A DNA stretch of 64,000 nt from Phycisphaerales bacterium (GCA_009781185.1 WQYP01000001.1:20102-84101), one strand, 5' to 3'; shown: positions 29,460-38,820, numbered from the stretch's first letter. Notes: generated from the sequence alone by a model not told the origin. A program made the numbers and translations.

Positions 29460-29669
29460 ATGAGTCTAACTTTACAAGAGACGACGATTCCGTTGCCGAT
29501 GCCTGTGCCCAGTGCATCACCAGAACCCAACCTGGTCACGATGCCCGCTCCGATGCGGTTGCTGCCGCCGTCGCAGGGGCCGTGCTGTTATCAGTGCGGC
29601 GGTGCGACTATCCGGAACGGAACTTGTTACGTCTGCACGGGCTGTGGAGCGACGAGCGGGTGTTCATGA
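29460..29669 (+). CDS. Small Zn-ribbon protein resembling the C-terminus of class II ribonucleotide reductases
   Basis: CYQCGGATIRNGTCYVCTGCGATSGCS; GAGGA RBS. Confidence 0.6.
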   Translation: MSLTLQETTIPLPMPVPSASPEPNLVTMPAPMRLLPPSQGPCCYQCGGATIRNGTCYVCTGCGATSGCS

Positions 29670-29680
29670 GGTTTTCCTGA

Positions 29681-31747
29681 GTGATTGAAGTTGCCAGACA
29701 ATATCAGCAGGCGGGACTGTCCGTGCTGCCAGCGAACCGGAGCGAAAAGCGGCCGGCGCTGGCAGGGTGGAAGGATTACCAGTCCCGCCTACCGACGGAG
29801 GCGGAGGTGATGGCGTGGTTCGCCAACGCACATGATGCGCTGTGTCTGGTGACGGGGGCGGTGTCGGGGAATCTCGAACTGCTCGACTTCGACAATGGCG
29901 GTGAGCTTTTCAGTCGCTGGGCCGAACTGGTCGAGGCGGAGATGCCGGGGCTGATGGGGCGGTTGGTGATTGAGACTTCACAGTCCGGGGGTTGGCACGT
30001 TTTATACCGCTGCACGGAAAAGGTCTGCGGCAGCATTCATTTAGCACAGCGCATTGTTTCGGTACCTGACGACAACCCTATCGCGTTTGCCGGCAAACCC
30101 TACAAACCGCGGCGCAACGCAGCCGGTGGTTGGGAAGTCATCCTGACCTTGATCGAGACTCGCGGCGAGGGCGGATTATTCCTGTGTCATCCCACGCCGG
30201 GCTATGAGATGCAGCAGGGGGAGATTGAGGATCTGCCGGTACTGACGGCGGAAGAGCGGGACGTGCTGCTCGAAGCGGCGTGGTCGCTCAATGAGTTGAT
30301 TCCGTCGCCGGTGGCGGTGCCGTCCGATCCGCAACCTCACAATCACGGTGAACGCCCCGGCGATGCTTTCAATGCGAGGGGGGATGTTACCGGCTTACTC
30401 GTTCAGCATGGCTGGACGCTGGTCCGTGACGGGGAGAATCAATACTGGCGACGGCCCGGCAAGAACAAGGGGTGGAGCGCTACACTCAAGGATCGCGTCT
30501 TCTACGTGTTCTCATCGAACGCTGCGCCGTTCGACGGTCCCAAGGCTTACGGGCCTTTCGCTGTCTACACGATGCTTGAACACAACGGTGATTACACCAA
30601 GGCCGCATCGACGCTGCGGACGCAAGGATACGGTTCAACACCCTCGCCGTCGTCTTCACCGCCGTCAGCGTCGTCACCGCCGTCGTCGTCGTTCGACGGT
30701 ACAACGTCCGCGCTGCTCCCCCAGCCCTTGAGCGTTCGCGCTCTCATGAGCAAATATCCCAATCTGCGCCCGCCAATTCTGCACGGCTTACTGAGGGAGG
30801 GGGAGACGATGAATCTGATCTCGGCTCCGAAGGCGGGGAAATCATGGCTCGCCACGGATTTGGCTATCTGTGTGGCTACGGGCCGAGATTGGTTGGGGCA
30901 GTTCGGCTGCGAACGCGGTGAAGTGTTGATTCTCGATAACGAGTTGCACGGCGAAACGTCCGCGAACCGAATCCCAAAGGTCGCCAACGCTCGCGGTATT
31001 CCCATCGACTCCTACGCCGATCATGTGCATGTGGAGAACCTACGCGGGCGTCAGCAGGACGTGTTCTCGCTGGCGACGTATTTTCAGGCGTTAAAGCCGG
31101 GGCGGTTCAAAATCATCATCCTTGATGCGTTTTACCGCTTCATGCCGCGTGATATGGATGAGAACGACAACGGCACTATGGCCAATTTATACAACCACAT
31201 CGACCGATACGCTGATTTGCTCCGCTGTTCGTTCGTCCTGATCCACCATACGACCAAGGGGAATCAGTCCGGCAAATCTGTTACTGACGTTGGTGCGGGA
31301 GCTGGTAGTCAAAGCCGCGCCACCGACACGCATATGGTTTTGCGGCCTCACGATGAGGAGGATGCCGTCGTGCTCGACGCCGCTGTGCGGTCATGGCCGC
31401 CGGTCGCGCCACGTTGTCTTCGCTGGTCATACCCGATCTGGAGTCCCGCTGACGAACTCAATCCTGAAGAACTTCGTGTGGACAAGGGAAAGAAGAAGGC
31501 TGAGAAGAAAGAGCAGTGGACGCCCCAAGCATTTGTTGACGCCTTCATTGATGACCAGCCCGTCACGCGTTCGGCGATTCTTACCAAAGCGATAGACGCC
31601 GGTTTGTCGCGCTGGTTGGCGGACAATTTACTACGCGCCGCGGACGCAGATTTACTCGTCACACGGCACGGAGAAGGAAAACGTGGCCAACCTTGCACCT
31701 ATACCTCTGCCAAATTGGCAGGAAGTACAGAAGGAGAATTGCTATGA
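29681..31747 (+). CDS. Bifunctional primase/polymerase fused to an AAA_25/RecA-like helicase
   Basis: GLSVLPA...KRP...WK.YQ, TGAVSGNLELLDFD, SQSGGWH; APKAGKSW Walker A, IILDAFY, LIHHTTK. Confidence 0.9.
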   Translation: MIEVARQYQQAGLSVLPANRSEKRPALAGWKDYQSRLPTEAEVMAWFANAHDALCLVTGAVSGNLELLDFDNGGELFSRWAELVEAEMPGLMGRLVIETSQSGGWHVLYRCTEKVCGSIHLAQRIVSVPDDNPIAFAGKPYKPRRNAAGGWEVILTLIETRGEGGLFLCHPTPGYEMQQGEIEDLPVLTAEERDVLLEAAWSLNELIPSPVAVPSDPQPHNHGERPGDAFNARGDVTGLLVQHGWTLVRDGENQYWRRPGKNKGWSATLKDRVFYVFSSNAAPFDGPKAYGPFAVYTMLEHNGDYTKAASTLRTQGYGSTPSPSSSPPSASSPPSSSFDGTTSALLPQPLSVRALMSKYPNLRPPILHGLLREGETMNLISAPKAGKSWLATDLAICVATGRDWLGQFGCERGEVLILDNELHGETSANRIPKVANARGIPIDSYADHVHVENLRGRQQDVFSLATYFQALKPGRFKIIILDAFYRFMPRDMDENDNGTMANLYNHIDRYADLLRCSFVLIHHTTKGNQSGKSVTDVGAGAGSQSRATDTHMVLRPHDEEDAVVLDAAVRSWPPVAPRCLRWSYPIWSPADELNPEELRVDKGKKKAEKKEQWTPQAFVDAFIDDQPVTRSAILTKAIDAGLSRWLADNLLRAADADLLVTRHGEGKRGQPCTYTSAKLAGSTEGELL

Positions 31748-31852
31748 ATTTATATAGTTCGCAGGTCCGCTTTACTTCATCAAACATCGCAAACGCATTC
31801 AATTTACATGATGCGTTTTGCGTCCGAAATATAGCATGTTTACTGAAAATCA

Positions 31853-32023
31853 TATTCGTTTTGTGGATTCGTTTTGCGCACAAAACGAATCCGAACGCGC
31901 GGGGATTCAATTCGTTTTGTGCGCCCCCTAAAGGGGAGCGCACAAAACGAATCGAATCTGGTCCCGCGCGTAGCAAAACAAAACGAGTCACAAAACGAAT
32001 ACAAAACGAATCGCAAAACGAAT
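31853..32023. repeat. Iteron-like array (CAAAACGAAT) in direct and inverted copies; candidate phage replication origin
   Basis: About 9 copies, including attcgttttg-cgca-caaaacgaat and attcgttttgtgcg...cgcacaaaacgaat; AT-rich; just downstream of the primase-helicase. Confidence 0.75.
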
Positions 32024-32339
32024 TCCCACCCCCCGATAGACCGGCCCCAGTTCGCACACGTTTGCCCCGTGTCGCGTCGGTGGAGACGAGTTGGCCAACG
32101 ACGCCAATTCGCGAGATCGACGCGTCGTGTCGCCAACGAACGCGACTGCCAAAAATGTCTGCCGTTTTGGCATATGTCCATAAAAAAAATGGTTCCTCCC
32201 TGGCGATCATGTCTCATGCTTGCGAGGGGAATGGTCGGAAGCCAGCTTTTTGTTTGTTGCGCGTAGCGAACATCGAAATATCCGCCTGATTTTGGCTCTG
32301 TGAATCTTGAAACCGCGTTTTTATCGGGAGGTCCGCATA

Positions 32340-32630
32340 ATGAACATCATTACTCGTCATAGCGGCCAACCACTCACGATTTTGAGCCTTTGGTGCGGTC
32401 GCTGTGGTGAGCATCGCGTCGCTGGGCGCGGGGAACATTGCTCACGTTGTCGAGCCATCCCGCGTTTGGAAGACTTCGCTTGCGGGGTGTGCGGTAGGCC
32501 AGCATCGACCTTTTGGATCTATGGCCATCGTTGCCAACAGCACCAGGGCGTTCGTATTCCGAGTCAGCAGATCGGAGGAGGGACCGACTTCGTCGGATGC
32601 GTCAGCGCACTTTTATGTCGTAAATCTTGA
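32340..32630 (+). CDS. Small Cys-rich (Zn-finger) protein
   Basis: GGAGG RBS; CGRC, CSRC, CGVC, C..H. Confidence 0.55.
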   Translation: MNIITRHSGQPLTILSLWCGRCGEHRVAGRGEHCSRCRAIPRLEDFACGVCGRPASTFWIYGHRCQQHQGVRIPSQQIGGGTDFVGCVSALLCRKS

Positions 32631-32670
32631 ACTACGTATTTTGAAACATTGTTCTTACTGGAGACAAAAA

Positions 32671-34053
32671 ATGAACATCGAATTACGCGAGATTGATACG
32701 ATTCATCCCTACCCCGGCAACCCGCGACAGAACGATGAAGCGGTGGATGCTGTGGCGGCGAGTTTGAAGGAGTTTGGGTTTCGCCAGCCGATTGTGGTGG
32801 ACGCTGAGGGGGTGATCGTCGTCGGACACACCCGGTACAAGGCGGCACAGAAGCTCGGATTGACGCAGGTGCCGGTGCATGTTGCGGCGGACCTCACGCT
32901 GGCGCAGGCAAAGGCCTATCGCATCGCCGATAACGCCACAAATGAAATTGCGGAGTGGAATTACGAATTGTTGCCGATTGAGTTGACGGCGCTGAAGGAC
33001 ATGAATTTCGAGCTGGGGTTGTTGGGTTTTGACCAGGAAGAACTCAAGCGGATCATGTCCGGCGATGTGCAGGAAGGCTTGACCGATCCGGATGATATAC
33101 CGGCTCCGCCGGACGAGGCGATCACGCAGCCCGGCGACTTGTGGATACTGGGCGATCATCGGTTACTCTGCGGGGATTCGAGTAAGCCGGAGGATCTCGA
33201 CCGCCTGCTGGATGGCGCAACTATCGCATTAGTAAATACGGACCCGCCGTACAATGTGAAGGTCGAACCGCGTAGCAACAACGCTATCGCTGCGGGCCTC
33301 TCGTCGTTTGAGGCGACGCATCACCAGAAGCTGGATGTCGAGCGGCATCCCGGCAAGGCGAAGCCGACGCAGAAAAAACTCCGAGCCAAGGATCGACCGC
33401 TCGCCAACGATTTCATGTCCGACGAAGACTTCGATGAAATGCTCGACGCGTGGTTTGGCAATATCGCCCGTGTGCTCGTGCCCGGCGGCGGATTTTACAT
33501 TTGGGGTGGTTATGCGAATTGTGCGAACTATCCGCCGGTTCTCAAGAAACATGAACTCTACTTTTCGCAGGCGCTTATTTGGGTGAAGGGACATCCGGTG
33601 CTGACGCGGAAAGATTTTATGGGGAACCATGAGTGGTGTTTTTACGGATGGCGCGAGGGCACGGGGCACAAATTCTACGGACCCAACAACGTGCCTGACG
33701 TGTGGGAGGTCAAGAAGGTCAATCCGCAGTCGATGATTCATTTGACGGAAAAGCCGGTGGAGTTGGCGGTGCGGGCGATGCAATATTCGTCGCTGGCCGG
33801 TGAGAACGTGTTGGATTTGTTCGGCGGGAGCGGCAGCACGCTCATCGCTGCCGAGCAGACGGGGCGGCGGGCGTTTTTGATGGAGCTGGATGTTCTCTAT
33901 TGCGACGTGATCGTTCAGAGGTGGGAGAAGCACACGGGTCGTAAGGCAACGCGGATTGCGGCCGCGCCGTCTGTGGTTACACCGCCTGCGGAGGACGCCT
34001 CGGCGGTCGACGCCCCTGTGGAAGATGCCGCTTCTGCGGAGGTGGTCGGATGA
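32671..34053 (+). CDS. ParB-fused N6/N4 DNA methyltransferase
   Basis: YPGNPRQN..FGFRQPI..GHTR (ParB); TDPPY, H.TEKP, LDLFGGSGS. Confidence 0.93.
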   Translation: MNIELREIDTIHPYPGNPRQNDEAVDAVAASLKEFGFRQPIVVDAEGVIVVGHTRYKAAQKLGLTQVPVHVAADLTLAQAKAYRIADNATNEIAEWNYELLPIELTALKDMNFELGLLGFDQEELKRIMSGDVQEGLTDPDDIPAPPDEAITQPGDLWILGDHRLLCGDSSKPEDLDRLLDGATIALVNTDPPYNVKVEPRSNNAIAAGLSSFEATHHQKLDVERHPGKAKPTQKKLRAKDRPLANDFMSDEDFDEMLDAWFGNIARVLVPGGGFYIWGGYANCANYPPVLKKHELYFSQALIWVKGHPVLTRKDFMGNHEWCFYGWREGTGHKFYGPNNVPDVWEVKKVNPQSMIHLTEKPVELAVRAMQYSSLAGENVLDLFGGSGSTLIAAEQTGRRAFLMELDVLYCDVIVQRWEKHTGRKATRIAAAPSVVTPPAEDASAVDAPVEDAASAEVVG

Positions 34054-34685
34054 ATCGTCGCGTGTTGAGTCTTTGCGACCATAGTGGAAATATGGTCCTC
34101 CCCTGGCTGGAGGCGGGCTATGAATGCTGGCTCGTCGATGTACGTCATGAACCGGGCGAGCACCGTGACGGACTACTGGTGCGTGTCGGGGCGGATGTGC
34201 GGGACTGGTTGCCGCCGAGGATGGATTACGCCATCGCCTTTGCTTTTCCGCCTTGTACACACATGGCGGTTTCAGGTGCGAGGTGGTTCCGTCGCAAGGG
34301 GCTACGGGCGCTTTCGGAATCCATCGACATCTTTGGGGCGTGTGTGCAGCGGTGCCAGTGGACCGGTGCGCCATGGATGGTGGAGAATCCGGTGTCGGTG
34401 ATTGCCAGCCATTTTCGCCGGCCAGATCACACGTTCGATCCCTGTGATTACGGCGACCCTTGGCAAAAGAAAACGTGCTTGTGGGTGGGGAACGGATTTG
34501 TCATGCCGCCAAAGCGCCCGGTGAAACCAGAGGACGGGAATTGGACTTTGAAGTTCTCGCCGTCACCGGAGCGGGGGAATCTTCGGAGTGTCACGCCGAT
34601 GGGATTTGCGCGGGCGGTGTTTGCGGCGAATCATCCCACCACAAAAACCCCAGCTGCGTTGGCTGGGGTGGGAGGTGTGAATTGA
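34050..34685 (+). CDS. Short C5-cytosine methyltransferase-like protein
   Basis: VLSLCD.SG, FPPCT (catalytic PC), MVENP, RS.TP.GFA. Confidence 0.75.
   Translation: MNRRVLSLCDHSGNMVLPWLEAGYECWLVDVRHEPGEHRDGLLVRVGADVRDWLPPRMDYAIAFAFPPCTHMAVSGARWFRRKGLRALSESIDIFGACVQRCQWTGAPWMVENPVSVIASHFRRPDHTFDPCDYGDPWQKKTCLWVGNGFVMPPKRPVKPEDGNWTLKFSPSPERGNLRSVTPMGFARAVFAANHPTTKTPAALAGVGGVN
34647..34668 (-). terminator. Terminator-like hairpin for the antisense cassette
   Basis: Minus strand ACCCCAGC-CAACGCA-GCTGGGGT followed by TTTT. Confidence 0.5.
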
Positions 34686-34696
34686 AGATGCGTGAT

Positions 34697-35224
34697 TCAG
34701 TTCTTGGTTACGGCGGCGAAGAGGCCGCGACCAGTTTTTGTGAAGCGGCTCTCGCCGGGCTTGTCGTCGATCTCGCGTATCATCGCCGAATAAATCGTGC
34801 CTGCGGGTGTCTTGCCGGTGGTCTTCCAGAGGCCCTGGGCGAGCATCGCGTCGACGATGGCTTGGCTGCTCATCGGTTCACCGCTGGCTTTGAGGACTTC
34901 GTAGGCGGCGTCGAGGCCGCTGGTTTTTTGGGGTTTTTGGGGCTTGGGAGTCGTGGTTTTCTTTTTGGTGGCGGGCGCGATGTCTTCGGCGAGGTTGCCG
35001 GTCTCGACGGCTTCGGCGGGAGTGTTGGCGGTGGTGTCGTTTTCCCCTGCTCCCCCCACTCCTCTTTGCATCGCGGCGCGTTTGGCGGCGGCGGCGGCTC
35101 GGGCGCTGGGTGTGGCGGCGGCGTCGATGTCGCGGAGGATTCGCTGCGTGACTCTCATGTTTTTGGGGCTGCGTGTTTTTTTTGTGGTTTTCTTGGCGTT
35201 CTTGGTGGTCTTGCTTTTCAACAT
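34697..35224 (-). CDS. HARE-HTH (HB1/ASXL/restriction endonuclease) winged-helix protein with Lys/Thr-rich N-terminus
   Basis: SGLDAAYEVL....PM...IV..ML.QGLW...GKTP..TIYSAMIREI......RF.KT.RGLF. Confidence 0.85.
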   Translation of the reverse strand: MLKSKTTKNAKKTTKKTRSPKNMRVTQRILRDIDAAATPSARAAAAAKRAAMQRGVGGAGENDTTANTPAEAVETGNLAEDIAPATKKKTTTPKPQKPQKTSGLDAAYEVLKASGEPMSSQAIVDAMLAQGLWKTTGKTPAGTIYSAMIREIDDKPGESRFTKTGRGLFAAVTKN

Positions 35225-35314
35225 GATAAGGTCTCCTGTAGCCTTGTTCCGGCTGGCCGGGCCGTTGGGGCGAATGCCCCGGTGAATCGAGGCCCCAACG
35301 TGGGGCCTCGTGAA

Positions 35315-35650
35315 TCAGTCTTTGAATCTCAGCAGTTCGCCGAAAAATCCGAGCCTTTCGGATTCGGTCCCGACGCGTCCGTCGGTGCGGCGCTGGGCCT
35401 GGCTCGCTACGTCGAAGAGTTCTTCGTCGCTGGCGGTGGCAGGGAGTTCCCAAACCTTCCAGGCTTCCTCGCCGCGTCCCCCTCCAGCGGGGTCGCGGAG
35501 GATGCTGTCAATGCGGATCGTGTCGCTTCCACGCAGCCGTTCGATTTTGAGGTGGCCGGTGTCTCCGCTCAGGTCTATCCGTTCGATACGCATGGTCGTG
35601 TTCCTTTGAAATCTGGTTTCGTTGTTCTGTTTGTCGTTGGTCGTTTTCAT
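35315..35650 (-). CDS. Hypothetical protein (alternative start at 35593)
   Basis: Follows a promoter repeat; RBS-like AAGGA before both candidate ATGs. Confidence 0.6.
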   Translation of the reverse strand: MKTTNDKQNNETRFQRNTTMRIERIDLSGDTGHLKIERLRGSDTIRIDSILRDPAGGGRGEEAWKVWELPATASDEELFDVASQAQRRTDGRVGTESERLGFFGELLRFKD

Positions 35651-35671
35651 CCACGCCTTCCTTATTTATTA

Positions 35672-35724
35672 TCGCATGTACATAATACAATGAGTTTGCG
35701 GCGCATCAAGTTGAATCCATATTT
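35672..35724 (-). promoter_or_regulatory. Repeated promoter, copy 1
   Basis: Minus strand aaatatggattcaac-TTGATG-N14-TG-TATTAT-gtacatgcga; near-identical flanks at 37426-37478. Confidence 0.7.
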
Positions 35725-35758
35725 GGTTCGTGGTTTTTTCATGATTTTTCGCTGCTTT

Positions 35759-36469
35759 TCAGGGGTTAACATGGTGAAGCTGTACGTCTTCCGGGACCAG
35801 CGTGATTTGCTGGCCGTCCTGGACGAGTTGGCCGTTTCGGTAGGCCATCACGCAGGTGGAGCCGTCGGCGACGCCATGCACTTTGCCGGGCAAGCCTTCG
35901 GGGAGACTGGCGAGGTAGCAGCCATCAGGATCGTAGCCGAAGCACAGTGGCCTGCCCCGGCGTACTATCAGCAATCGCGCTGGGTTGCGCCAAACTCCCA
36001 GAATCGCCTGATCGCCCAAGGTTTGGTTGGCCGTCCATGCGGCTCGCTGCGCGACGGTGCCGGAGCAGCGTTTCATCAGCAGGCCGAGGATTTCGCTGTC
36101 GCACTGGCTTTGCGGATGCAGGCTGTAGTGGCGGACCAGATGGTCGTGGTTGAAGACGACGCCGTTGTGGACGATTTCGCCGCGACCGGCGGGGTGGGGG
36201 TGGTTGTTGCGGTTGTCGGCGGGGGAGCCGTGCGTGGCGAAGCGGCAGTGGCCGACGAGGACGACGGCGTTACGGCATTGCTCAAGGTCGTCGAGATAAT
36301 TTTGCGCCGGGCCTTGGCGTTTGTATGTGTGAATGATGCCGCGATGGTTGAGCCAGGCGAGGCCGAAGGCGTGTTCGCCGCGTGTCTGCGTCCGCAGCGC
36401 CAGGCGGCGAAGTCTGGCGATATCCGGGCCTTTTCCTTCGCGTGTAATGAATCCGAAAACTCCGCACAT
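35759..36469 (-). CDS. Class II (Ntn) glutamine amidotransferase
   Basis: N-terminal MCGVFG, RG..AFG, GHCRFATHG, NNHP, HNG, CDSE. Confidence 0.9.
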   Translation of the reverse strand: MCGVFGFITREGKGPDIARLRRLALRTQTRGEHAFGLAWLNHRGIIHTYKRQGPAQNYLDDLEQCRNAVVLVGHCRFATHGSPADNRNNHPHPAGRGEIVHNGVVFNHDHLVRHYSLHPQSQCDSEILGLLMKRCSGTVAQRAAWTANQTLGDQAILGVWRNPARLLIVRRGRPLCFGYDPDGCYLASLPEGLPGKVHGVADGSTCVMAYRNGQLVQDGQQITLVPEDVQLHHVNP

Positions 36470-36547
36470 GGTCATCTCCTGTTTCAAAAATCCCTGTTCC
36501 AAAAAGCCCGGAGCCATCCGCTCCGGGCGGGAGTAAAAAAATCTGCT

Positions 36548-37405
36548 TTAGGCTTGGGCGTCGTATTTCGCCGCCAAGCGTCGGAATTCGCTTTTGATCT
36601 GGTCTTGCGGGATGATGTCGCTGATCCAGCCGTATTGGGTGCCGTTGTGGATTCGGGCGTATCCCGCGCCCCAAGCGAGGTATCCCATCAGGCGTTCGGC
36701 TTCGCTCGCGCCTTCGCCGGCTTTCTTCCAGCCGCCTTTGAGGGGTTTGGGATTCCATGTTGGCGTCCGCTTGGCGTTGATCGCCCGTTCGACCAATCCG
36801 AGGCAAACCTGAATCCAGCCGATCACCTTGACGGCGCTGGTCGAGCCGGAGAAGACTCTGAACTCCACCGTATCGCGGCGTCCGTTGGCGAGGTTGGTCA
36901 GGTTCAAGGCGTGGTAGCGGCTACGGTCGAGGGTTGGTTTTGCTTTCTTGGCGTCCCCGTATTTGCGGACCCCGCCGCAGTACATCCCGCGTTCGCGGCT
37001 CTTGGTTCCGGTGATCGCGTAGAGGCCTTTTTCTACGTAGGCGACGATGGTCACCAGTCTGGCCAAGGCGTCGGCGGGAAGACTGCGGGGCCATCCTACG
37101 TGAGCGTGAAATCCCGTACTCGCGTTCACTCGGAATCCTTTGGCTTCGAGCGTTCGCAAAACTTCGGCGACCTGTGCCAATCCTTCTGCGCCGCGGAGGA
37201 TCGGGCTTACTATTTCGCAGGCCTGTCCGCCGGGTATGTTGCGGGTATCAATCGAGGCGTCGCGTTCGGCGGTCCAACCCTGCGGCAGGTACGGCACCTG
37301 AATTCCGTGGTGGTAGGCTCCGATTCGCAGTCCGTCGTTCTCGATAGTGCTTCGCGGGGCTATGGTTTCGATCTCGATTCCGAAGGTTAGTTCGCTTGCG
37401 TTCAT
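36548..37405 (-). CDS. Amidoligase (COOH-NH2 ligase, Amidoligase_2-like)
   Basis: TFGIEIE, W....DASI, EIVSP.L, VN.STGFHAH, RY.ALN, TVEFR. Confidence 0.9.
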   Translation of the reverse strand: MNASELTFGIEIETIAPRSTIENDGLRIGAYHHGIQVPYLPQGWTAERDASIDTRNIPGGQACEIVSPILRGAEGLAQVAEVLRTLEAKGFRVNASTGFHAHVGWPRSLPADALARLVTIVAYVEKGLYAITGTKSRERGMYCGGVRKYGDAKKAKPTLDRSRYHALNLTNLANGRRDTVEFRVFSGSTSAVKVIGWIQVCLGLVERAINAKRTPTWNPKPLKGGWKKAGEGASEAERLMGYLAWGAGYARIHNGTQYGWISDIIPQDQIKSEFRRLAAKYDAQA

Positions 37406-37425
37406 CTGTGTTCTCCTTTATATGG

Positions 37426-37478
37426 TCGCATGTACATAATACAATGTGTATAGAACACATCAGGTTAATTCCATATTT
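37426..37478 (-). promoter_or_regulatory. Repeated promoter, copy 2
   Basis: Shares the 21-bp tcgcatgtacataatacaatg and a catca.gtt.a.tccatattt block with 35672-35724. Confidence 0.7.
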
Positions 37479-37579
37479 AATCTGTCTTATTTCGGAGTCT
37501 AGCTATGTGAAGTCAAACGGTTGGCTGAAAAAAGCATAAAAAAGGCTCTTTGACATCTGAATACTCCTCAGGAATGTGG

Positions 37580-38800
37580 TCAGGCCGTCTTTGGTGAAGG
37601 CGGTTTTGATTGGTAGTCCCGCTGATCGGTGCAGATTCGCCATGCGATGCGAGCGAGTTTGAGACTGACGGCGGTGACTGCTGAGAGGTGGTGGATGCCT
37701 CGTTTGCGACGTTTGAGATAATGGCGTTGCAGCGGTCCTTTGGATCGCACCGCGACGAAAGCCATTGTCCACAGGGTGTGCCGCAGATGCGGTGATCCAC
37801 GCTTGGAGATATGTCGGCGTGACGCTTCAAACTGTCCAGTCTGGTAACGTGTCACGTCGAGTCCCGCGAATGCCACGAGTTGCTCGGGTGTTTTGAAGGT
37901 GCTGATGGGATCGGTTTCGCCAAAGAGGCTCACAGCGCGGATCGGATTACTGCCGGGCAATGTCAACAAGTATCCCGGCAGGCGTTCGCAAAGCTCGGTG
38001 ATTTTCCCTTCGAGTTGCTTACGCACCAATGTTGTTGCGTCGAGCTGATCGAGCAAGGTGCGAATGCCAACTTGCATGCCTTCGAGTCCTCGTCGCATGC
38101 CGATGGACACTTGTGCCGAGGTACGGATGGCTGCTGCCTCTGTAGCTCCGAAATGACCGTGCGAAGCTTTTCGCAGCAGTTCGGCAAGCGTTTCATGGTT
38201 CATGGTCAGCAGGTCTTCTGGCGTTGGTGCGGCACGCAACAGTGCTCGACCAGTTGCGCCCAGCGGCTGACTCATGTAGGTCTCGAACTCCGGCCAGACG
38301 CATTCGAGCCTGGAGTGGATGAGTAGTTTGATACGTGTCCGCTGTTGGCCCAAGGTGTACCAGAGTCGCGTGAGCTGTCGGCATGTCATGGCCAGGTCGT
38401 CGGGAATCAGCGCGGGCTTTCCCTCGCCGTTGCGTACCAACGTGGCGATGTGGTTGGCATCGCTGGTGTCGGACTTATGCTTGCGGATGGCGTTCTTGAT
38501 CTGCTGTGCCGATTGCAGGGGATTGAGCACCTGCTGGGTGTAACCCCAGCGTTGAAGTTGGTCATGGAGGGCAAACCAGTAATGCCCGGTGGCCTCCATG
38601 CCCACCAATATCGGCGCACCGTCGACAGCCTCTTGCAGGCGTTGATGCAGGCGTTTTAAGCCTTCGGCGTCGTTGGTGAAGGCCAGCGTTTTGATCAGTG
38701 GCTGTCCCTGTGCATCGAGCAGGCAAGCGACGTGTTTGCTCTTGCCAACGTCGATTCCACAGAAATATGCAAAGCGTTGCGACATGCTTATTTTCGACAT
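37580..38800 (-). CDS. IS110 family transposase/recombinase (DEDD RuvC-like plus Tnp20 domain)
   Basis: GIDVGK, GMEATGHY, KSDTSDA, L.AFAGLD....TG, ISKRGSPHLR. Confidence 0.95.
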   Translation of the reverse strand: MSKISMSQRFAYFCGIDVGKSKHVACLLDAQGQPLIKTLAFTNDAEGLKRLHQRLQEAVDGAPILVGMEATGHYWFALHDQLQRWGYTQQVLNPLQSAQQIKNAIRKHKSDTSDANHIATLVRNGEGKPALIPDDLAMTCRQLTRLWYTLGQQRTRIKLLIHSRLECVWPEFETYMSQPLGATGRALLRAAPTPEDLLTMNHETLAELLRKASHGHFGATEAAAIRTSAQVSIGMRRGLEGMQVGIRTLLDQLDATTLVRKQLEGKITELCERLPGYLLTLPGSNPIRAVSLFGETDPISTFKTPEQLVAFAGLDVTRYQTGQFEASRRHISKRGSPHLRHTLWTMAFVAVRSKGPLQRHYLKRRKRGIHHLSAVTAVSLKLARIAWRICTDQRDYQSKPPSPKTA

Positions 38801-38820
38801 GAATAGATTCCTTTATGCGT

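Noticed and set aside
30640-30695. CCGTCG-rich repeat in the primase gene
   Set aside because: It is an ordinary Ser/Pro interdomain linker.
31693-32289. ORFs over the CAAAACGAAT repeats; also considered as a CRISPR array
   Set aside because: The repeats are about 10 bp, in mixed orientation, with no unique spacers and no cas genes. An origin fits better.
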